A DNA stretch of 64,000 nucleotides from an uncultured Rickettsiales bacterium (GTDB lineage Bacteria > Pseudomonadota > Alphaproteobacteria > Rickettsiales > JABDBP01). Made by a program: the position numbers and the translations under genes. The stretch covers positions 2,191 through 66,190 of the forward strand of contig CAYVHI010000003.1 in assembly GCA_964450945.1 (NCBI GenBank), in the 5' to 3' direction. Shown here one piece after another: positions 56,884-64,000 of the stretch; position 1 is the first letter of the stretch, and each line of letters starts with the position of its first letter. Below the pieces are notes generated by a model. It did no database searches. It was not told where the DNA came from and saw nothing but the letters and a program-made list of their open reading frames with translations.

Positions 56884-58869
56884 TTAGACGTCTAAGTTTT
56901 CGGCGAGGTTTTCGCGCATGATCTGGCTTTGTTCGGTGATGAACTTAAAGCGCAGTTCCGGCTTTTTACCCATCAGATGTTCAACTTGCGTTTTTGAGGC
57001 TTCACGCTCCGATTCGCTGATTTTTACCTGCAGCAAGGTGCGGTTCTTCGGGTTCATGGTGGTTTCTTTCAGCTGCTGGGCTGTCATTTCCCCTAGACCT
57101 TTAAACCGGCCGATTTCAAGATTGCCGCGCTGCTTACCCAGTTCTTTTACTAATTTATCTTTTTCCTTATCATCCTTCGCATAATAATTCTTACCGAGCT
57201 GGGTGATACGGTAAAGTGGTGGCTGGGCCAGATATAAATGGCCGTTATCAATCAGCTGAGGCATTTCCTGATAGAAATATGTCATCAGCAGCGATGCTAT
57301 GTGAGCACCATCCACATCCGCATCTGTCATGATTATGACTTTATCATAACGGAGGGCTTCTTCCGAATAAAGAGTGCCGCTGCCGCAACCAAGCGCAGTT
57401 ACTATATCTGCCAGCTCTTGATTATTTTTCTGTTTCTCAGATGTTGCACTGGCAACGTTCAATATCTTGCCGCGAAGCGGAAGTATCGCCTGGGTTTCAC
57501 GCGCACGCGCCTGTTTGGCGGAGCCGCCGGCGCTATCGCCCTCTACTATGAATATCTCGGTTCCTTCTTTTGTATCGCGCGAGCAATCTGCAAGTTTACC
57601 GGGAAGACGAAGTTTCTGGGTGGCAGTTTTGCGGCCGACATCCTTCTTCATCTTGCGGTTTATACGCTCTTCAGCAATCTCGATAAGGTAGTTTAAGAGC
57701 TTATCTGCGGATTCCTTATTACCGGAAAGCCAGTGATCGAAATGGTCTTTCACTGCGCTTTCAACAAGACGGGAAGCGTGACCACTCACCAGTTTTTCCT
57801 TTGTCTGCCCCTGGAACTGAGGATCCGGCAGGAAGAGAGAGAGGATTATGCAGGCGCTGCCGCCGACATCTTCACTGATAATGCTTTCGGCTTTTTTATT
57901 CCCCGTCATCTCGCTGAAATCACGTATACCTTTTATAAGGGCGTTACGGAAACCGTTTTCATGCGTGCCGCCCAAAGGAGTTGCAATGGTATTGCAATAT
58001 GAATGAGAAAATGGATCAATCTCACGCGACCAGCTAACCGCCCATTCAACACTGCCCTGTTTCTCAGGAAGTTTAACTTCACCGGTGAAAGGTTCAGGAG
58101 TTATAGTTGCAATGTTTTCAAGCTCTGCTGCTAGGAAATCTTTTAAGCCATTTGGGAAATGGATAACGTCTTTTTCAGGGGTTTTATCTTTTTCAGTAAT
58201 AAGTGAGGCATCACACAACCAGCGTATCTCAACACCTTTAAAAAGATATGCTTTTGATTTTGCCAGCTGATAAAGCCTTGCTGGTTTGAACTTAGCTTTG
58301 GCGCCGAAAATTTCCGGATCAGGAGAAAATGTAATCGTTGTCCCGCGGCGGTTAGGTGCGGTGCCAACTTTCAAGAGTTTTGTTTTTGGGTGGCCCTGCT
58401 CATATTCCTGTTTCCATAAAACTTTATCCCGCGCAACTTCAACCACCAGATGTTTGGAAAGCGCATTCACCACTGATAAACCCACACCGTGCAAACCACC
58501 GGAAGTTTCATATACCTTGCCGCTGAATTTACCGCCGGAGTGCAGCATGGTCATGATGACTTCGAGCGCAGATTTTTTCGGGAATTTTGGGTGCGGATCA
58601 ACCGGAATACCGCGGCCGTTATCCGTTACAACTATCCTGCCATCCGCCTTCATGGTTATCTCGATGGTGCTGGCATGGCCCGCTACGGCTTCATCCATCG
58701 CGTTATCAAAAACCTCTGCAACCAGGTGATGCATAGCGGTCTCGTCAGTACCGCCAATGTACATGCCCGGACGGCGCCTTACCGGCTCCAACCCCTCCAA
58801 CACCTCTATATCATGGGCGCTGTATGAATCTTTCTGTTTCTTTTTGGGACTATCGAAAAGATCGGCCAT
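56884..58869 (-). CDS. parE: DNA topoisomerase IV subunit B
   Basis: 'LEGLE.VR.RPGMYIG', 'GLHGVG', 'EGDSAGGSAKQ', 'PLRGKILNV', 'IMTDADVDGAHI'. At 661 aa it fits ParE rather than GyrB. Confidence 0.88.
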   Translation of the reverse strand: MADLFDSPKKKQKDSYSAHDIEVLEGLEPVRRRPGMYIGGTDETAMHHLVAEVFDNAMDEAVAGHASTIEITMKADGRIVVTDNGRGIPVDPHPKFPKKSALEVIMTMLHSGGKFSGKVYETSGGLHGVGLSVVNALSKHLVVEVARDKVLWKQEYEQGHPKTKLLKVGTAPNRRGTTITFSPDPEIFGAKAKFKPARLYQLAKSKAYLFKGVEIRWLCDASLITEKDKTPEKDVIHFPNGLKDFLAAELENIATITPEPFTGEVKLPEKQGSVEWAVSWSREIDPFSHSYCNTIATPLGGTHENGFRNALIKGIRDFSEMTGNKKAESIISEDVGGSACIILSLFLPDPQFQGQTKEKLVSGHASRLVESAVKDHFDHWLSGNKESADKLLNYLIEIAEERINRKMKKDVGRKTATQKLRLPGKLADCSRDTKEGTEIFIVEGDSAGGSAKQARARETQAILPLRGKILNVASATSEKQKNNQELADIVTALGCGSGTLYSEEALRYDKVIIMTDADVDGAHIASLLMTYFYQEMPQLIDNGHLYLAQPPLYRITQLGKNYYAKDDKEKDKLVKELGKQRGNLEIGRFKGLGEMTAQQLKETTMNPKNRTLLQVKISESEREASKTQVEHLMGKKPELRFKFITEQSQIMRENLAENLDV

Positions 58870-58958
58870 TTATTTTGTGCTTTGTGCTTAAATACTAAAA
58901 AATATTATGATAACCTGAAAATCTTAGAAAGGAAGTTATAAACCAAGAACAAGCTAAA

Positions 58959-60488
58959 ATGCAAGGAAAACCCGAATATTCCAAAAAAAATCCTCTGGAA
59001 GTGCTGAGTAATGCTGAAATGCAGGCTGCCGACAAGAAAGCTATTTCTTCAGGCATAGCTGGGGAGAAACTCATGGAAACGGCAGGAAAAGCTGTTACAG
59101 ATGAGATAGTTAGACGGTTTAAGAAAACAAACATCCTTATTGCCTGTGGCCCTGGAAATAATGGTGGAGACGGATTCGTTATCGCCAGATTGCTTAAAAG
59201 CAAAGGCTGGACCGTAAAGGTGGGATTACTTGGAGAAGCCAGTGACCTCAAGGGCGATGCGCTTTTTATGCACAAGAAACTTGCCAAGGCAAAAATAAAA
59301 TGTGCGGCACTATCTCCCGCGCTTATAAGTGGTTGTTCCCTGGCTGTTGATGCCATCTTCGGAACGGGGCTTAAGAAAGAGATAAAAGGTGAGGCAAAAA
59401 AATTCATCGATGCACTTAATAAATCTGGTATCGGGGTTATAGCCGTTGATATCCCGAGCGGCATCAATGGCGATAATGGTGAAGTTATGGAAGTGGCGGT
59501 GAAAGCAGACATAACTGTTACATTCGCCAAGAAAAAATATGGCCACCTGATGCTGCCGGGTAAGGCATATGCAGGTGAGGTGGTGGTTACTGATATTGGT
59601 ATCACTGAAAAGCATATCGGCAAAATAAATGCATGGGAAAATAATCCTGACCTTTGGTTTTATGCATTTCCGTTTCCAAGAATCTCCATGCATAAATATA
59701 GCCGCGGGCATGCGGTGATTGTTGGTGGCGGTACAAAAAAATGCGGGGCCAGCAAACTGGCTTCCCTTGCTGCGCTTAGAATTGGCGCCGGGCTTGTTAC
59801 CATTGCTTGCCCGGAAGATGCGTTGCCGGTTTATGCTGTCTCTGCATTCTCGGTGATGACAGAGCCGGTGAATGATGCACAGGATTTTGCAAAATTTATT
59901 GAAGATACACGCAAAAATGCACTGCTGATTGGGCCAGGTGCAGGCATAAATGCATTAACAAAGGAATATGTGATGATAGCGTTAGAACAAAGGAAAGCCT
60001 TTGTCATGGATGCTGATGCGCTCTCTGTTTTCTCCGACCCCTTCACCAATGATGCCGAAACACTTTTTGCAACAATCAAGAAAACCAAGACTCCCGTAGT
60101 GCTGACGCCGCATGAAGGTGAGTTTTCGAAGTTGTTCAGAAAACACATAGATCACGATATGCCAAAAATAGAACGGGCAAAAGTGGCGGCAGAGATAAGC
60201 GGTGCAGTGGTTCTCTTAAAAGGTGCCGATACCGTTATTGCAGCACCTGATGGCAGAGTGGTGATTAACAGCAATGCCCCGGCCTATCTTGCAACCGCCG
60301 GAAGTGGGGATGTTCTTGCTGGCATGATTACCGGCCTGCTTGCTCAAGGGATGGATGCTTTTACTGCCGCAGCGGCAGCCTGCTGGATCCACGGCGAAGC
60401 GGCGGGTTATTTCGGCATCGGCCTCATCTCAAGCGACTTGCCGGATATAATCCCGGAAGTGCTTGCCTATCTTGAAGTTTCAAGATAA
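58959..60488 (+). CDS. nnr: Bifunctional NAD(P)H-hydrate repair enzyme (epimerase/dehydratase)
   Basis: 'CGPGNNGGDG', 'D.IFGTGL', 'KY.RGH..I.GG', 'TPH.GE', 'GSGDVLAG'. Confidence 0.9.
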   Translation: MQGKPEYSKKNPLEVLSNAEMQAADKKAISSGIAGEKLMETAGKAVTDEIVRRFKKTNILIACGPGNNGGDGFVIARLLKSKGWTVKVGLLGEASDLKGDALFMHKKLAKAKIKCAALSPALISGCSLAVDAIFGTGLKKEIKGEAKKFIDALNKSGIGVIAVDIPSGINGDNGEVMEVAVKADITVTFAKKKYGHLMLPGKAYAGEVVVTDIGITEKHIGKINAWENNPDLWFYAFPFPRISMHKYSRGHAVIVGGGTKKCGASKLASLAALRIGAGLVTIACPEDALPVYAVSAFSVMTEPVNDAQDFAKFIEDTRKNALLIGPGAGINALTKEYVMIALEQRKAFVMDADALSVFSDPFTNDAETLFATIKKTKTPVVLTPHEGEFSKLFRKHIDHDMPKIERAKVAAEISGAVVLLKGADTVIAAPDGRVVINSNAPAYLATAGSGDVLAGMITGLLAQGMDAFTAAAAACWIHGEAAGYFGIGLISSDLPDIIPEVLAYLEVSR

Positions 60489-60501
60489 CCTTACATACCT
60501 T

Positions 60502-60903
60502 ATGGCGTACTGGCTGATAAAAAGTGATCCCGAAACCTATGGCTGGGAAGAGATGAAAAGAGACGAATCCACCCACTGGAACGGCGTGCGCAATTTTCAG
60601 GCGCGCAATAATATGGCCGCCATGAAGAAAGGTGATAAATGTTTTTTCTATCACTCTGGCGAAGATAAGGCGATAGTTGGGATTGTTGAGGTTATAAAAG
60701 AAGCATACAAAGACCCGGAAGACAAAGAAGGAAAATTCCTTATGGTGGATGTGAAAGTCGCCCAGCCATTGAAAAACAAGGTAACCCTTGCTATGATAAA
60801 GCAGCATAAAGCCCTTAAAGACTTTGCACTTGTAAAACAATCCCGCCTTTCGGTGATGCCAGTTGCAAATGAAGAATGGAAAATTATTCAGCAAATGGCC
60901 TAG
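60502..60903 (+). CDS. EVE domain protein
   Basis: 'YWL.KS.P....W..........W.GVRN.QARN.M..MK.GD..FFYHS'. Confidence 0.8.
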   Translation: MAYWLIKSDPETYGWEEMKRDESTHWNGVRNFQARNNMAAMKKGDKCFFYHSGEDKAIVGIVEVIKEAYKDPEDKEGKFLMVDVKVAQPLKNKVTLAMIKQHKALKDFALVKQSRLSVMPVANEEWKIIQQMA

Positions 60904-60922
60904 GCCGCTTGGACTTATATTC

Positions 60923-61438
60923 ATGAAAAAATATTTATATATCCTTTTTATTGTTATTGGCACCCTGGCTGCCTATCCGGCGCTGGCGGGAAAAGACCAT
61001 GAGGATCCAGGTGCACCTAAAAAAGAGGGGGAAGAGGAAGAAGATGAGAAATTTACAGAAAAAGAAAAAATTGAAGGCGGGCTTGAAATAAAACTGGTGC
61101 GCTCACACACACTGAAAAGGACGCTGGAAGCAAGGAACTATAAGATATATGTCATTGATCTTAGGGGGCCGGAGAAATACCGTGAAGGGCATATAAAGGG
61201 AGCATATAACCTTAAACTTGAATTTATTAATGCGCGTAACATGAAGCGCATAGTACAAAATAAAGATGATTACATAGTTTTTTATGCTGATGAGAGAGAA
61301 TCAACAGAGCCGACTGCAGCGGCCATAAAGGCATTTGGCCTCGGCTATACAAAAATATATAAATATTATGACGGATATCGGCACTGGGAGCTTCGTAAAT
61401 ATCCAAGGGAAAAAGGTTTATCAAGAGAATCAGAGTAG
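60923..61438 (+). CDS. Secreted rhodanese-like domain protein
   Basis: Start set at the signal peptide 'MKKYLYILFIVIGTLAAYPALA'. 'IDLR....Y..GHI.GA.N'. No active-site Cys is obvious. Confidence 0.65.
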   Translation: MKKYLYILFIVIGTLAAYPALAGKDHEDPGAPKKEGEEEEDEKFTEKEKIEGGLEIKLVRSHTLKRTLEARNYKIYVIDLRGPEKYREGHIKGAYNLKLEFINARNMKRIVQNKDDYIVFYADERESTEPTAAAIKAFGLGYTKIYKYYDGYRHWELRKYPREKGLSRESE

Positions 61439-61440
61439 TT

Positions 61441-62127
61441 ATGAAAAAATCTAAGGAAAAAATTATTTTCGCGGTTCCGAAAGGAAGGATACTTGAAGAA
61501 ATACGCCCTCTCCTAAAACAGATTAATATAAAACCAGAGGAGAGCTTTTTTGATGAGAGCGCAAGGGCGCTCCGCTTTACTTCCAACATAGACTGGCTGG
61601 ATTTTATAAGGATAAGGAGCTTTGATGTTGCAACCTTCGTGGCGTTTGGTGCGGCCCATATTGGCATTGCCGGCAATGATGTTCTTGAAGAATTCGATTA
61701 CCCGGATATCTATGTCCCGGTTGATCTTAACCTCGGCGTATGCCGCATGTCGCTTGCTGCACCAAAGGATATGAAAAAAAATGGCGGCTATAAAAACGAG
61801 AGCCACCTTAGCATTGCAACGAAGTATCCAAATACGACAAAGAGATATTTTGCCAAGAAGGGTATTCAGGCGGAGTGCATAAAACTGAACGGAGCAATAG
61901 AACTGGCGCCAAAGCTTGGGCTTAGCCAGTATATTGTTGATCTGGTAAGTACAGGGAAAACTTTGGCTGAAAACGGGCTTTCAGAGGTTGAAAAAATTGC
62001 TGATGTTTCATCGCGCCTTATAGTTAACCGTACCGCATTCAAGATAAAAAGTGCAAAACTTGGGCCACTTATTGCTGATGTTGAAAAAACACTGAAAAAA
62101 ATGAAAAAGAGAAAGAAAAATGCCTAA
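61441..62127 (+). CDS. hisG: ATP phosphoribosyltransferase (short form)
   Basis: 'IFAVPKGR', 'R..DV.T.V..GAA..GI.G.DVL.E', 'D.V.TG.TL..NGL'. Confidence 0.9.
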   Translation: MKKSKEKIIFAVPKGRILEEIRPLLKQINIKPEESFFDESARALRFTSNIDWLDFIRIRSFDVATFVAFGAAHIGIAGNDVLEEFDYPDIYVPVDLNLGVCRMSLAAPKDMKKNGGYKNESHLSIATKYPNTTKRYFAKKGIQAECIKLNGAIELAPKLGLSQYIVDLVSTGKTLAENGLSEVEKIADVSSRLIVNRTAFKIKSAKLGPLIADVEKTLKKMKKRKKNA

Positions 62128-63415
62128 CATTATATCTTCCACAGATAAGGATTTTTTAGGTACGCTGCAAAAGATAATGGAATTGCAGGAAGAAAACGAT
62201 AGCCATGTGGAGAAACGGGTTGAGGAGATAATAAGAAACATAAGAAAAAAAGGTGATTCTGCACTCAATGAATATACAAGAAAATGGGATAATCCAGCGC
62301 ATAAGGCTGGCGATTTTTCGATTCCCGTTTCGGCACTGAAGAAAGCTTCTGAAAGCATTTCTGCAAAAACAAGAAAAGGATTGCAGGAAGCAATAGAAAG
62401 GGTGGAAAGCTACCATAAAAAACAGTTACCCAAAGATATATATTACACAGACGGCAAAGGCGTAAAACTTGGCTGGAAGTGGTGTGCGCTGGATTCGGCA
62501 GGGATTTATGTTCCGGGCGGAACCGCATCTTACCCGAGTTCGGTAATCATGAATGCCATACCTGCAAAAGTCGCAGGAGTAAAAAGGATTGTGATGGTAG
62601 TGCCTGCACCAAAAGGAAAAATAAACCCGGTGGTGTTTGCCGCTGCATATCTTTGTGGCGTAAAGGAAGTTTATAAAATCGGTGGAGCACAAGCCATTGC
62701 TGCACTTGCTTACGGTACAGAAAGCATAAAACCGGTAGATAAAATCGTTGGCCCCGGCAACGCATATGTTGCCACAGCAAAACGCAGGGTGTTCGGCAAG
62801 GTGGGGATCGATATGATTGCCGGCCCTTCGGAAATCGCAGTAATCGCTGATGATAAAAATAACCCGGACTGGATAGCTGCAGACCTGCTTTCCCAAGCCG
62901 AACATGATAAGGATGCAAAAGTTTTTCTAATCAGCAACAGTGAAAGTTTTATCAAAGCTGTGCAGAAATCTATTGGAAAAATCCTGCCAAAACTTGCACG
63001 CAAAGAAATTGCTGGCGCAGCAATAAAAAATAACAGCACATTCATAAAAGTAAAAAACCTTGATGAAGCCTGCAAGGTTGCTGACATCATTGCACCAGAA
63101 CACTTGGAACTGGCGATTGAGAAGCCGGAAACCCTGGCTAAAAAAATAAAACACGCAGGCGCTATATTCATGGGAAGATACACGCCGGAAGCGATAGGAG
63201 ATTATATCGCAGGCCCAAGCCATGTGCTGCCGACTTCCGGCACCGCACGCTTTTCTTCCGGGCTTTCGGTTTATGATTTTATAAAACGTACGTCACTTAT
63301 TGGCTGTGATGAAAAATCTTTTAAAAAACTGGCGGAGCAGACGGAGAATCTTGCCAAGGAAGAAGGTTTGACGGCGCACGCACTTTCCATCTCGATCAGA
63401 AATGACAGGAAATAA
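62120..63415 (+). CDS. hisD: Histidinol dehydrogenase
   Basis: 'G.YVPGG.A.YPSSV.M', 'GGAQA.AA.AYGT', 'GPGN.YV..AK', 'SQAEHD', 'APEHLE'. Confidence 0.95.
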   Translation: MPNIISSTDKDFLGTLQKIMELQEENDSHVEKRVEEIIRNIRKKGDSALNEYTRKWDNPAHKAGDFSIPVSALKKASESISAKTRKGLQEAIERVESYHKKQLPKDIYYTDGKGVKLGWKWCALDSAGIYVPGGTASYPSSVIMNAIPAKVAGVKRIVMVVPAPKGKINPVVFAAAYLCGVKEVYKIGGAQAIAALAYGTESIKPVDKIVGPGNAYVATAKRRVFGKVGIDMIAGPSEIAVIADDKNNPDWIAADLLSQAEHDKDAKVFLISNSESFIKAVQKSIGKILPKLARKEIAGAAIKNNSTFIKVKNLDEACKVADIIAPEHLELAIEKPETLAKKIKHAGAIFMGRYTPEAIGDYIAGPSHVLPTSGTARFSSGLSVYDFIKRTSLIGCDEKSFKKLAEQTENLAKEEGLTAHALSISIRNDRK

Positions 63416-63869
63416 AATTACCAACGTAGTTCTCCATGAAAGCGCGGTTATAAGCAAACTGCCGGAAGTGGCTAATGAAAGGAACATCGCCATTGCCGAC
63501 CTGCTGGAAAAAAATGAATTCTCACTGGTTGATGATTTCGCCGGGCCTTATGAACTTACACTCAGTGTTAAAGAAGGCAGGCTGGTGATTTCCGTTGCCA
63601 GTGAGAAAGATAAAACCGAAAAAAAGATCAATGTTTCACTTAAGCCTTTCAATAAAATCATCAAAGATTATTTCCTGGTTTGCGAAAGTTATTTTGAAGC
63701 GGTGAAATCTGCCAATACCCAAAGCGTTGAAGCAATTGACATGGGAAGAAGGGGCATTCATAATGAAGCTTCCGAGCTGTTGATTGATAGCCTGGAAGAA
63801 AAAATAAAAATGGATTTCAATACAGCGCGCAGGTTGTTTACGCTTATGTGCGTTTTGCATTTCAGGTAG
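63402..63869 (+). CDS. UPF0262-family protein
   Basis: 155 aa, overlaps the hisD stop. 'E..IAI.DLLE.N.F.......GPY.L.L....GRL', in the position typical of alphaproteobacterial hisD neighbours. Confidence 0.65.
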   Translation: MTGNKITNVVLHESAVISKLPEVANERNIAIADLLEKNEFSLVDDFAGPYELTLSVKEGRLVISVASEKDKTEKKINVSLKPFNKIIKDYFLVCESYFEAVKSANTQSVEAIDMGRRGIHNEASELLIDSLEEKIKMDFNTARRLFTLMCVLHFR

Positions 63870-63874
63870 GAATT

Positions 63875-64000
63875 ATGGCAGATAAAGCAGATTTAATTAA
63901 AGTAAAAGAATTTTTTGAAAAAATTGATGGCGGTGAGGCCGGAAAAGCACTTTATTTTTTAAAGAATTTGTTAATAGGATGTGAAAATCTCCAAGTGCGG
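63875..64000 (+). CDS. Hypothetical protein, 3'-truncated by the window edge
   Basis: ATG at 63875, 6 nt after the upstream stop. Open to the window end. Unknown family. Confidence 0.3.
   Translation, partial: MADKADLIKVKEFFEKIDGGEAGKALYFLKNLLIGCENLQVR

Noticed and set aside
1-64000. CRISPR arrays, tRNA/rRNA/tmRNA genes, transposases, integrases and prophage genes.
   Set aside because: I scanned the intergenic regions and ORF translations. There are no regularly spaced direct repeats, no tRNA-like T-arm (GGTTCGAATCC-type) sequences, and no DDE, tyrosine- or serine-recombinase or phage structural motifs. The repeats found are dispersed hairpin elements, not arrays.

Overview
This 64-kb window looks alphaproteobacterial. 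The evidence is synteny (rpiB-glyA-nrdR-ribD, hisG-hisD-UPF0262, rpmH-rnpA-yidD-yidC-engB) and an AT-rich, tightly packed gene layout. About two thirds is ordinary housekeeping: proBA, mnmA, htrA, crcB, rluC, gpmI, ctpA, rppH, argB, panB, uvrB, guaA, pyrD, rpmB, parE, nnr and hisGD. No tRNA, rRNA, CRISPR array, transposase or integrase was seen. Four things stand out. (1) A type IV pilus-like machinery is split over two loci. One locus has a lipoprotein secretin, the prepilin peptidase and two very large cysteine-rich pilin-like paralogs. The other has a pilB-like ATPase, pilC, three non-canonical assembly genes and an ABC ATPase, with pilT, pilU and a TPR gene on the opposite strand. An orphan cpaC-cpaD pair is also present, and no ordinary short major pilin is visible. 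(2) A roughly 0.5-kb compositionally foreign cassette (about 41.9-42.4 kb) carries its own extended -10 promoter, a long GC-rich leader, a 97-aa hyper-acidic ORF with GC3-biased codons, and a strong intrinsic terminator. (3) Two families of dispersed intergenic hairpin repeats occur. Family 1 has seven copies of about 100-128 bp with a conserved core and copy-specific, near-perfect outer stems, five of which overlap the upstream stop codon. Family 2 has three copies, two full double-hairpin copies and one 3' half. (4) A tandem pair of orphan paralogs shares an exact 22-nt upstream motif. All functional calls rest on recognisable motifs in the supplied translations. No database search was possible.
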